40,484 bases of DNA from NCBI GenBank assembly GCA_017450135.1, contig JAFSXA010000018.1, positions 1 to 40,484 on the forward strand, given 5' to 3'. A program made the position numbers and the translations under genes. Below, one piece after another: positions 29,180-37,225 of the stretch; within the stretch, counting starts at the first letter, position 1; the number at the start of each line of letters is the position of its first letter. Below the pieces are notes generated by a model that worked only from the letters and a program-made list of their open reading frames with translations, was not told the DNA's origin and did not search any database. This DNA comes from Clostridia bacterium (lineage in GTDB: Bacteria > Bacillota > Clostridia > Oscillospirales > Acutalibacteraceae).

Positions 29180-29647
29180 ATGGATGAGATAAAAAGCTGG
29201 GCGTTCAGCGTGTGCGCCGCCGCTGTTTTCGGCGGGATAGTGATAATGCTCTCACCCCGGGGAGGAACCGGGAAAACTGTCAAAACCGCCGTATCGCTCT
29301 TCCTGCTGTGTGTGATGCTCAGACCCTTTATGTCGGGGTATCAGCACAGGCTGAGCCTTGACTCAGTAACAGGGAGCCGTATTGAGAAGTCGGACTATTC
29401 GGCGGCGGAGTATACAGTCGAAAGCATGAAGGATGCGCTGAGAGAAAAAACAGATAAAATTCTTTCGGACAACGGTGTTAAAAACAGCCGCACCGACATA
29501 GAGATTAGTATAGACGGGGACAACGATATGAGAATAGACAGGGTCGCAATATACGCTCCGGCGCAATACGCCGCTGAGCTTGAACGGGCAAAAGAGGAAA
29601 TATACTCACAGCTCGGGATCAGGGCGGAAACCGGGGTGCTCGGATGA
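29180..29647 (+). CDS. spoIIIAF: Stage III sporulation protein AF
   Basis: 155 aa with two N-terminal transmembrane segments (IKSWAFSVCAAAVFGGIVIML.., VSLFLLCVMLRPF) and a soluble C-terminal domain. It holds the sixth position of the operon. Confidence 0.85.
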   Translation: MDEIKSWAFSVCAAAVFGGIVIMLSPRGGTGKTVKTAVSLFLLCVMLRPFMSGYQHRLSLDSVTGSRIEKSDYSAAEYTVESMKDALREKTDKILSDNGVKNSRTDIEISIDGDNDMRIDRVAIYAPAQYAAELERAKEEIYSQLGIRAETGVLG

Positions 29648-30189
29648 AGGACAGGATAAAAAGGTGCATGGAAACGCTGAAGGCTGATAAGAGGCTTGCC
29701 GCGATCGTCGCAGTCGGGATCGCCGCGGTACTTCTGCTGACGTTTTCTGAGATATTTCCTGCTTCGTCCGGGAATAAAAAGGAGGAGAAGGAGCAGACGG
29801 CTTCGGCTCCGGACTACTCCGGCTATGAGGAAAAAACGGAGGAAAGGCTCATGGATCTGATCTCTGCTATCGATGGAGCCGGGGGAGTCAGAGTGATGGT
29901 AACGCTTGAGAGCGGCAGTGAAAACGTGTACGCGGTCGAACAGAGCGGAGATTCCTCCTCGTCCTCCGAGTCCTACGATAAAAAATATGTGATAGTCGAA
30001 AAGGACGGTACCGATTCCGGGCTGATGCTCAAGGTCGTGGAGCCGCAGATAAGGGGAGTTGCGGTTCTGTGTACGGGAGCGGACTCGGCTGAGGTCAGGA
30101 GTGAGATAATAGATACCGTAACGGCGGTGCTGGGCGTCAGCTCCAACCGTGTCAGTATAGCAAAAATGAAAACATCAACGGAGGATTAA
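29644..30189 (+). CDS. spoIIIAG: Stage III sporulation protein AG
   Basis: 181 aa with an N-terminal transmembrane segment, a charged linker and a ring-building-motif domain (GAGGVRVMVTLESGSENVY..VVEPQIRGVAVLCTGADSAEVRSEIIDTVTAVLGVSSNRVSI). ATGA overlap with spoIIIAF. Confidence 0.9.
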   Translation: MKDRIKRCMETLKADKRLAAIVAVGIAAVLLLTFSEIFPASSGNKKEEKEQTASAPDYSGYEEKTEERLMDLISAIDGAGGVRVMVTLESGSENVYAVEQSGDSSSSSESYDKKYVIVEKDGTDSGLMLKVVEPQIRGVAVLCTGADSAEVRSEIIDTVTAVLGVSSNRVSIAKMKTSTED

Positions 30190-30193
30190 GCTT

Positions 30194-30733
30194 ATGGTAT
30201 TTAAGAAAAAGCAGGTGGTTACGGCAACACTCGTGCTCGCGCTGGGGACGGCAGTATTCGTCAACTGGTACTATTCACGTCCGCAGTCAGAGCAGACTCT
30301 TGATTCTGTCACCACAGCGCATACACAGCAGGCGGAGAATCTCGGAGATGCGCGGTATGTGTCCGCGACGACCTCAAAGAACAAAGAGACGATGTCGGAG
30401 CTGAAGGTGAAAAGACAGACGGCGCATGACGAGGCCCTCGAGGCGCTGGAATCGGTCATCAAGGATCAGAAGTCGTCCTCGCAGGCGGTGGCCAAGGCGG
30501 AGGAAAAGCTTGAAGCCCTCTCGGAGGCGTTCAGGGATGAGGCGGATATCGAAAATCTCATCACCGCGAAGCTCGGCGGAGAGTGCCTTGTGATAATCGA
30601 CGGCGAGAGCTGCCGCGTCGTACTGCAAAAGGGAGCGCTCAACAAAGAGGCGGCTGTTCAGATAAGGGAACTTGTTATGAACCAGACGAAAATTCCGGCA
30701 AAAAATATCACAATAATTGAAATAAACGGTTGA
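30194..30733 (+). CDS. spoIIIAH: Stage III sporulation protein AH
   Basis: 179 aa with an N-terminal transmembrane segment (VVTATLVLALGTAVFVNWYY), a coiled region and a C-terminal YscJ/FliF-like domain. It is the last gene of the array. Confidence 0.88.
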   Translation: MVFKKKQVVTATLVLALGTAVFVNWYYSRPQSEQTLDSVTTAHTQQAENLGDARYVSATTSKNKETMSELKVKRQTAHDEALEALESVIKDQKSSSQAVAKAEEKLEALSEAFRDEADIENLITAKLGGECLVIIDGESCRVVLQKGALNKEAAVQIRELVMNQTKIPAKNITIIEING

Positions 30734-30757
30734 GAATTTGAAAAAACGTGTTATAAT
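30730..30757 (+). promoter_or_regulatory. Strong SigA-type extended -10 promoter overlapping the spoIIIAH stop codon
   Basis: TTGAGA (30730-30735), 16-nt spacer ending in TGT, TATAAT (30752-30757). Confidence 0.65.
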
Positions 30758-30780
30758 ATACATAAATGTATGTATATTAT
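30753..30780. repeat. Perfect 11-bp AT-rich inverted repeat overlapping the -10 element
   Basis: ATAATATACAT (30753-30763), 6-nt spacer AAATGT, ATGTATATTAT (30770-30780). Confidence 0.8.
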
Positions 30781-30826
30781 ACAGCAGTGCACCTTTATAA
30801 CCTATAATCTCAACCCGATGCGCTGA

Positions 30827-30857
30827 ACCTCTGTATCATATACAGAGGTCTTTTTTT
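30827..30857 (+). terminator. Intrinsic terminator 24 nt upstream of the nusB start codon
   Basis: ACCTCTGTAT (30827-30836) pairs with ATACAGAGGT (30840-30849), with a 3-nt loop. C plus T7 follows (30851-30857). Confidence 0.85.
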
Positions 30858-30880
30858 CGGGTGTGAAAGGACGAGGCAAA

Positions 30881-31294
30881 ATGGGATCGGTAACACAGCT
30901 CAGACGCAAGGCTCGGGAACAGGCTTTCATAGTTTTATTTGAAAAGTCGTTCAATCCCGAGCTTTCGGTCGAGGAGATAATAAGGACGGCAACAGAATAT
31001 GAGATAATCACCGGGGATGATTTCACGACCTCCCTCGCTCTCAGAACGCAGGAGGGGCTGGAGACGATAGACGGCAGGATCAGCGCCAATCTCAAGGGCT
31101 GGACTATGTCGAGGATATCCAAGGTGAGCCTCGCGGTCCTGCGCATAGCCGTGTGCGAGATGCTCTTTTTTGACGATATACCGGTGGGCGTTTCAATTAA
31201 CGAGGCTGTTGAGCTGTGCAAGATATACGGCTCCGATGACGACAGGATCTTCGTCAACGGCGTGCTCGGCTCCGTCGCGTCGGAGTGCAAATAA
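30881..31294 (+). CDS. nusB: Transcription antitermination factor NusB
   Basis: 137 aa from ATG 30881. RRKAREQAFIVLFEKSF, the central W-containing block (LKGWTMSRISKVSLAVLRIAVCEMLF) and IPVGVSINEAVELCKIYGSDDDRIFVNGVLG are NusB signatures. The ORF-track GTG 30863 is less likely. Confidence 0.93.
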   Translation: MGSVTQLRRKAREQAFIVLFEKSFNPELSVEEIIRTATEYEIITGDDFTTSLALRTQEGLETIDGRISANLKGWTMSRISKVSLAVLRIAVCEMLFFDDIPVGVSINEAVELCKIYGSDDDRIFVNGVLGSVASECK

Positions 31295-31298
31295 CACC

Positions 31299-32240
31299 AT
31301 GGCTTATTATCTCGGTATAGACACGAGCAACTACACCACCTCTGCGGCGATCTACGACTCCGCGAGCGGCGAGGTCAGGCAGGTCAAAAGGCTCCTTCCC
31401 GTAAAATCCGGGGCAAGGGGGCTCAGGCAGAGCGATGCGGTCTTTCACCATACGGCTCAGCTCCCCGGAGTGCTGGACGAGCTTTTTTCGGACTTTGGGG
31501 GCACGATATCTGCGATAGGGGTGTCGGACGCTCCAAGACGCGTCGAAGGCTCCTATATGCCGTGCTTTCTGGTCGGAGTCAGCGCCGCCGTATCCGCAGG
31601 CAGGGTGAACGGTCTGCCGATCCATAAGTTTTCCCATCAGCAGGGCCACATCATGGCGGCGCTCCACTCCTGCGGCAGAAAAGATCTGTATAATAAACGC
31701 TTCCTTGCCTTCCATGTTTCGGGAGGGACTACGGAGCTGCTGCTCTGCGAGCCGGGTATCGACGCACGGGCTGTAGCCGCGACCACTGATCTGAACGCCG
31801 GACAGGCGGTCGACAGGGTCGGCGTTTCGCTCGGATATCCTTTCCCCGCCGGGAAATATCTTGACGAGCTTGCGTCCGCGAGCGGAAAAAGAGTCAGCGT
31901 CAAGGTTAAGCTGAAGGACGGCTGCTGCAGCTTTTCCGGGCTCGAGAACAAGTGCGCCGGAATGCTGTCGGAGGGCTCGTCACCCGAGGCTATATCGGCC
32001 TTTTGCCTCGGCTATATCGCCTCTGCGCTCGACGCCATGGCGGACTTCGCTGCAGAGAGATACGGCAGACTTCCGCTCGTTTTTTCCGGCGGAGTGATGT
32101 CCAGCCGCTATATACGCACAGCTCTTGAAAACGGGGAGGGGCGCCTTTTTGCGGCTCCGGAGTTTTCCGCAGACAATGCCGCCGGAACAGCCGTTCTGGC
32201 AGCAGTAAGGACGGAGGGTGACGGTATTGAGAACTCCTGA
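31299..32240 (+). CDS. Divergent TsaD/Kae1/Qri7-family (Gcp-like, ASKHA fold) protein; specific function unknown
   Basis: 313 aa from ATG 31299, 4 nt after the nusB stop. The ORF-track start 31170 lies inside nusB. It carries YLGIDTSNYTTS (TsaD has GIETSCDETS), the H-x3-H metal motif SHQQGHIMAA, HVSGGTTELL, FSGGVMSS and a C-terminal SADNAAG. These are clearly related to TsaD blocks but deviate from them. Confidence 0.8.
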   Translation: MAYYLGIDTSNYTTSAAIYDSASGEVRQVKRLLPVKSGARGLRQSDAVFHHTAQLPGVLDELFSDFGGTISAIGVSDAPRRVEGSYMPCFLVGVSAAVSAGRVNGLPIHKFSHQQGHIMAALHSCGRKDLYNKRFLAFHVSGGTTELLLCEPGIDARAVAATTDLNAGQAVDRVGVSLGYPFPAGKYLDELASASGKRVSVKVKLKDGCCSFSGLENKCAGMLSEGSSPEAISAFCLGYIASALDAMADFAAERYGRLPLVFSGGVMSSRYIRTALENGEGRLFAAPEFSADNAAGTAVLAAVRTEGDGIENS

Positions 32241-33453
32241 CGTGCTGAGCGTAACTCAGCTTAATTACTATGTTAAATCTTTAATTGAGGGCGATCCGCG
32301 CCTTAAAAGCATATATGTCGTGGGTGAAATATCCAATTTTACGGATCACTACCGGTCAGGCCATTATTATATGACCCTGAAGGATGACGGCGCAGCAGTC
32401 AGGGCGGCGATGTTCCGCTCGGCAAACAGAAATCTTAGATTTGTCCCCGAGGACGGCATGAAGGTCATAGTCCGGGCGAGGGTGACTCTCTATGAGGCCG
32501 GAGGCCAGTACCAGCTCATAATCGAGGATATGCAGCCGGACGGCGCCGGCGCGCTGAGCATAGCGTTTGAACAGCTCAAAAGAAAGCTTGCCGGCGAGGG
32601 TCTGTTCGATCAGGCGCATAAAAAGCCCATACCCGTCCGCTCTATGCGCATAGGGGTCGTGACCTCTGAGACAGGAGCGGTCATTCAGGATATAAAAAAT
32701 GTTGTTTCAAGGCGTTATCCGCTCGCAAGGATAATCCTTGCGCCGGTACAGGTGCAGGGCGCGGCTGCGGCTTCACAGATAGCGGAAGCCATCGGGACGT
32801 TCAACGCGTGCTCCGCCGCCGACGTGCTGATCGTAGGCAGGGGAGGCGGCTCGGCTGAGGATCTCTGGGCCTTCAACGAGGAGCCGGTAGTCAGAGCCGT
32901 ATATGACAGCGTTATACCTGTGATCTCGGCGGTGGGACACGAGACTGATTTTACTCTCTGCGACTTCGCAGCGGACGTCAGGGCGCCGACTCCTTCGGCG
33001 GCGGCGGAAATAGCCGTCCCCGATCAGCGCGAGGAGCTGAAATATATTGAGGGCTGTGCCTGCGAGTGTGAGCTTCAGCTCAGGGACAGGCTCGATTCAG
33101 AGGAGAACCGTCTGAATCGCATCAGGGAGAGGCTCTCCTACATCAGCCCGAAGAATATGATAGAGCAGAGGATGCAGAGGGTCGACGACCTCTTTTCCTC
33201 TGCGCGCAGGAATACAGAGAGGATCCTTGACTCAAGGCAGTCTGAGCTTTCCTCCGTTGCGGCAAGGCTCGACGCCATGAGCCCGTTGAAGGTCATCGCG
33301 CGCGGATATTCGATAACGAGGAAGAACGGCAGGGTGGTCACAAGCGTTTCCGACGTCTCCCGAGGCGATCCGCTATCGGTCAGGCTTACGGACGGAGAGC
33401 TGAAATGCGAGGTCGCCGGTGTCGAAAGACTCAGTAACTTACCGGAGGTATGA
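32227..33453 (+). CDS. xseA: Exodeoxyribonuclease VII large subunit
   Basis: LSVTQLNYYVKSLIE..VVGEISNF is the OB-fold N-terminus, followed by GVVTSETGAVIQDI and RGGGSAEDLWAFNEE. TTG 32227 lies 9 nt after GGAGG (32213-32217). The ORF-track GTG 32218 abuts the Shine-Dalgarno. It overlaps the preceding gene by 14 nt. Confidence 0.93.
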   Translation: MRTPDVLSVTQLNYYVKSLIEGDPRLKSIYVVGEISNFTDHYRSGHYYMTLKDDGAAVRAAMFRSANRNLRFVPEDGMKVIVRARVTLYEAGGQYQLIIEDMQPDGAGALSIAFEQLKRKLAGEGLFDQAHKKPIPVRSMRIGVVTSETGAVIQDIKNVVSRRYPLARIILAPVQVQGAAAASQIAEAIGTFNACSAADVLIVGRGGGSAEDLWAFNEEPVVRAVYDSVIPVISAVGHETDFTLCDFAADVRAPTPSAAAEIAVPDQREELKYIEGCACECELQLRDRLDSEENRLNRIRERLSYISPKNMIEQRMQRVDDLFSSARRNTERILDSRQSELSSVAARLDAMSPLKVIARGYSITRKNGRVVTSVSDVSRGDPLSVRLTDGELKCEVAGVERLSNLPEV

Positions 33454-33455
33454 TC

Positions 33456-33662
33456 ATGGCAGAGAAGAAAAAGCTTACCTACGAGCAGGCCTTTGCGCGG
33501 CTCGAAAAAATAACCGGAATGCTTGACGAGGGGGAGCTGTCCCTTGACGAGTCCATAAAACTGTTTGAGGAGAGCACCGAGCTTGCCTCATATTGCTCGA
33601 AATGTCTTGAAAGCGCAAGGCTGAAGGTCACAAAGCTTTCCGAGACAGGAGAAGAATTATGA
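33456..33662 (+). CDS. xseB: Exodeoxyribonuclease VII small subunit
   Basis: 68 aa. YEQAFARLEKITGMLDEGELSLDESIKLFEESTELASYC is the XseB signature. ATG 33456 lies 7 nt after GGAGG. The alternative ATG 33450 overlaps the xseA stop. Confidence 0.93.
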   Translation: MAEKKKLTYEQAFARLEKITGMLDEGELSLDESIKLFEESTELASYCSKCLESARLKVTKLSETGEEL

Positions 33663-34507
33663 ACGACTGTTTAGATATTATCAATTCCGCGCTCGAGGCT
33701 TACCTTCCGGATGGGGAGGACGTTGTCTCCCGGGCGATCAGGTACAGCGTAGGCAACGGCGGCAAAAGGATCAGACCGTATCTCACACTCGAATTCTGCC
33801 GCGCCTGCGGCGGCGACGTGAGCAGGGCTCTTCCCTACGCCTGTGCGGTTGAAATGATACACACCTACTCCCTGATACACGACGATCTGCCGTGCATGGA
33901 CGACGACGATCTCCGGCGCGGCAAGCCCTCCTGCCATGTTGAATTCGGCTATGCCAACGCCCTTCTGGCAGGCGACGCTCTGCTGACCCTTGCCTTTGAA
34001 ACGCTGGCAAAGGCGGAGCTTCCGCCTCAGACAACGGTGAGTGCCGTGAGCATTCTCGCCTCAGCCGCGGGCTGGTCGGGCATGGTCGGCGGACAGGTCA
34101 TGGATCTTGCCAACGAGGGCAGGAGAGTCACGGCTCGGGAGCTTGAAGCGACCGACAGGCTTAAAACGGGCGCGCTGATAAAAGCCGCCTGCCGGCTCGG
34201 CTGTCTGGCCGCAGGACGTGAGGATGCAGTTCCCTTTGCCGACGAATATGCCGACTGCCTGGGGATCGCATTTCAGATAGTGGACGATATCCTTGACGTT
34301 ACGAGCAGCGCCGATCTCCTGGGAAAGCCGGTCGGCAGCGATGAGCAGAACGAAAAAAGCACCTATGTGACGTTTTACGGGATAGAAGAATCAAGGCGTA
34401 CGGTTTCCGAGCTGACGTCAAGGGCCAAAAAAGCGCTTGACGGCATCGAGGGCGACACCTCATCTCTTGCGGCGTTTGCCGACGCCATGGAAAACAGAAA
34501 AAATTAA
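33659..34507 (+). CDS. ispA: (2E,6E)-farnesyl diphosphate synthase (short-chain trans-prenyltransferase)
   Basis: First Asp-rich motif IHTYSLIHDDLPCMDDDDLRRGKPSCH with the chain-length-determining aromatic residue. Second motif FQIVDDILD. ATGA overlap with xseB. Confidence 0.93.
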   Translation: MNDCLDIINSALEAYLPDGEDVVSRAIRYSVGNGGKRIRPYLTLEFCRACGGDVSRALPYACAVEMIHTYSLIHDDLPCMDDDDLRRGKPSCHVEFGYANALLAGDALLTLAFETLAKAELPPQTTVSAVSILASAAGWSGMVGGQVMDLANEGRRVTARELEATDRLKTGALIKAACRLGCLAAGREDAVPFADEYADCLGIAFQIVDDILDVTSSADLLGKPVGSDEQNEKSTYVTFYGIEESRRTVSELTSRAKKALDGIEGDTSSLAAFADAMENRKN

Positions 34508-34518
34508 GGTGATCATTT

Positions 34519-36396
34519 TTGAATACCGACGATATCAAATATCTTGACAATATAAATTCACCTGACGATCTTAAAAGGCTTGACGAGAGTGAGCTTGAGC
34601 CGCTTGCCGCAGAAATAAGGCGTGTGCTTATAGACACAGTATCGCAAACCGGCGGACATCTGGCGTCAAATTTAGGCGTGGTGGAGCTGACGATAGCAAT
34701 ACACCGCACGTTCGATTCGCCCCGCGACAGGATAGTCTGGGACGTCGGCCATCAGGCTTATGTCCATAAGCTTTTGACCGGCAGGTACGGTGTGTTTTCC
34801 ACCCTGAGGCAGGAGGACGGGATCTCAGGCTTCTGCCATCCGAACGAGAGCGAGCACGACACATTTTACAGCGGGCACAGCGGAACCTCGGTGTCGGCTT
34901 CCTACGGTCTGGCGGCCGCGAACATGATAAAACACAGCGGCGATTATACGGTTGCGGTCATAGGCGACGGCTCCTTCACCGGCGGCCTTGTTTACGAGGC
35001 GCTGAACAACGCCGGCAGGTCAAATTCCAAGCTTATAGTTATTCTAAACGACAATCAGATGTCGATCTCCAAAAATGTCGGATCGGTGGCAAATTATCTG
35101 ACAAGGATACGCTCAAAGAAGAGATACGTCCGCATGAAGGCGAAGATGGAGCTCATCCTCGAAAAGATACCTCTGGTCGGGCACAGGACAGCCATGGCGC
35201 TGTTCCGTTTAAAAACGCATCTTAAAAATCTGTTCTACGAGAGCACGATATTCGAGAAGATGGGCTTCAGGTACATGGGCCCCATCGACGGACATAATAT
35301 AGATCTGCTCTGCGAAGCGCTCGATACCGCCAGGGATATCGACAGCCCCGTTCTGCTCCACGTAAAAACCGTCAAGGGCAAGGGCTATGATTACGCCGAG
35401 AAGGATCCGAGCCATTTCCACGGCATATCCAATTTCAATATCGACAGCGGCGAATGGGTCACCGGCGGCGATACCTTCTGCAACGAGTTCGGCGAGCTTA
35501 TGTGCAAAATGGCGGCAAAGGACAAGCGAATCACCCTTATCACGGCCGCAATGTCGCTCGGCACCGGCCTTACAAAGTTCAGCGAGCAGTATTCCGAGCG
35601 GTTCTTCGACGTCGGCATAGCCGAGGAGCACGCGGTCACCTTCGCTTCCGGCCTGTCAAAGGGCGGTATGCTGCCTGTTTTCGCAGTCTACTCCACGTTT
35701 TTGCAGAGATGCTATGATCAGATAATTCACGACGGAGCCATGCAGGGACTCAAGCTTGTGCTGGCAATCGACAGGGCCGGCTTCGTCGGCGACGACGGCG
35801 AATCCCACAACGGGCTTTACGACGTGGCGTTCCTTCAGTCTATCCCGGATATTACCGTATATTCCCCATCGACCTATGATGAGATGAGGGCGGATTTCGT
35901 AAACGCCTTTTACCACGATAAGGGCGTCACGGCTGTCAGATATCCGCGCGGAGGAGAGACCGACGTTCCCGAGGATTACGTCCCGTCATTCGGAGCCTAT
36001 GATATCTACGGCAGCCGCCGGTCGGATACCTTCATCGTCACGTACGGCAGGCTGTTTTCTCAGGCTGCGAAGGCCGCGCGGGAGCTTATGGACGGGAACA
36101 TTCAGGTCGGGGTGCTCAAGCTCAACCGCATCAGACCCATCGACCCCGAGGCCGTAAAGGCAGTGCTCGGCGCCGGGCATATATTCTTCTATGAGGAGGG
36201 CGTCCGCAGCGGAGGAATAGGTGAAAAATTTGCCTCACTGCTGCTGGAGGAAGGTTACAGGGGGACTTATGAGATAACCGCCGTCAACGACTGCTTCGTC
36301 AAGCAGGCCAAGGTCGGCCGCCTTATAGAAAAATACGGCATGGACAGCAGGAGCATGGCGGACAGGATACGTAAATTGAAGGCAACAGAGGTGTGA
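34519..36396 (+). CDS. dxs: 1-deoxy-D-xylulose-5-phosphate synthase
   Basis: 625 aa with a TTG start after AAGGTGA. Motifs GGHLASNLGVVELTIAIH, DVGHQAYVHKLLTGR, GDGSFTGGLVYEALNNAG and the transketolase-like C-terminus are present. Confidence 0.96.
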   Translation: MNTDDIKYLDNINSPDDLKRLDESELEPLAAEIRRVLIDTVSQTGGHLASNLGVVELTIAIHRTFDSPRDRIVWDVGHQAYVHKLLTGRYGVFSTLRQEDGISGFCHPNESEHDTFYSGHSGTSVSASYGLAAANMIKHSGDYTVAVIGDGSFTGGLVYEALNNAGRSNSKLIVILNDNQMSISKNVGSVANYLTRIRSKKRYVRMKAKMELILEKIPLVGHRTAMALFRLKTHLKNLFYESTIFEKMGFRYMGPIDGHNIDLLCEALDTARDIDSPVLLHVKTVKGKGYDYAEKDPSHFHGISNFNIDSGEWVTGGDTFCNEFGELMCKMAAKDKRITLITAAMSLGTGLTKFSEQYSERFFDVGIAEEHAVTFASGLSKGGMLPVFAVYSTFLQRCYDQIIHDGAMQGLKLVLAIDRAGFVGDDGESHNGLYDVAFLQSIPDITVYSPSTYDEMRADFVNAFYHDKGVTAVRYPRGGETDVPEDYVPSFGAYDIYGSRRSDTFIVTYGRLFSQAAKAARELMDGNIQVGVLKLNRIRPIDPEAVKAVLGAGHIFFYEEGVRSGGIGEKFASLLLEEGYRGTYEITAVNDCFVKQAKVGRLIEKYGMDSRSMADRIRKLKATEV

Positions 36397-36399
36397 TCT

Positions 36400-37224
36400 T
36401 TGACTGATAAATCAAGGCTCGACGTGACTCTCGTGAACCGCGGGCTGGTCGGATCGAGGGAAAAGGCCAAGGCTCTTATTATGGCGGGTCAGGTCTATGT
36501 CAACGGCGCAAAGGAGCTTAAGGCAGGCGCCCCGGTCAAGCCCGGCTGCGAGATCGAGGTCAGAGAAAACCGGATACAGTACGTCAGCCGCGGCGGGCTT
36601 AAGCTTGAAAAGGCGGTAAAGAGCTTCGCCCTCGAGCTTGACGGGCTTGTGTGCATGGATATAGGGGCTTCGACCGGCGGCTTTACCGACTGTATGCTCC
36701 GCAGCGGAGCTGTAAAGGTCTATTCCATAGACGTCGGATACGGCCAGCTTGCGTGGAAGCTCAGGACGGACAGCCGCGTGGTGAATATGGAGAGGACGAA
36801 TTTCCGCTACGTCACCCGTGACGACATACCAGAGGAAATAGATTTTGCAAGCGTGGACGTCTCCTTCATCTCCCTTGATAAGATATTTCCTCCTATGCGC
36901 GGGCTTCTTTCGCCCCGGGGCAGGGCGGTTTGCCTGATAAAGCCGCAGTTTGAGGCCGGCAGGGAGAAGGTCGGCAAAAAGGGAGTCGTCAGGGATCCCG
37001 AGGTGCACGCCGGGGTCATCGACAGGGTCAGACGCACAGCGGTGGAGGACGGCTTCACCGTGCTCGGGCTGGATTACTCTCCGGTAAAGGGACCTGAAGG
37101 AAATATAGAATATCTTATCTATTTGGAAAAGAGCGGGGAACCGTCGGACGTATCCGGCGTTATTTCCGCTGAGCTTGTCAGAGCCTCCCACGCGGAGCTC
37201 GACCGCTCGAATAAGGAGGAGTAA
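36400..37224 (+). CDS. tlyA: TlyA-family rRNA (cytidine-2'-O)-methyltransferase (S4 + FtsJ domains)
   Basis: RLDVTLVNRGLVGSREKAKALIMAGQVYVNG is the S4 domain, followed by VSRGGLKLEKA..DIGASTGGFTDCML..KPQFEAGRE. It holds the same position as B. subtilis yqxC. Confidence 0.92.
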   Translation: MTDKSRLDVTLVNRGLVGSREKAKALIMAGQVYVNGAKELKAGAPVKPGCEIEVRENRIQYVSRGGLKLEKAVKSFALELDGLVCMDIGASTGGFTDCMLRSGAVKVYSIDVGYGQLAWKLRTDSRVVNMERTNFRYVTRDDIPEEIDFASVDVSFISLDKIFPPMRGLLSPRGRAVCLIKPQFEAGREKVGKKGVVRDPEVHAGVIDRVRRTAVEDGFTVLGLDYSPVKGPEGNIEYLIYLEKSGEPSDVSGVISAELVRASHAELDRSNKEE

Positions 37225-37225
37225 C

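Noticed and set aside
30751-30765. TTATAATATACATAA at the nusB-leader promoter, considered as a PerR/Fur-type 7-1-7 box (TTATAATNATTATAA).
   Set aside because: Only the first half-site matches, and the second half matches 4 of 7 positions. The real symmetry of the region is the 11-6-11 palindrome reported separately.
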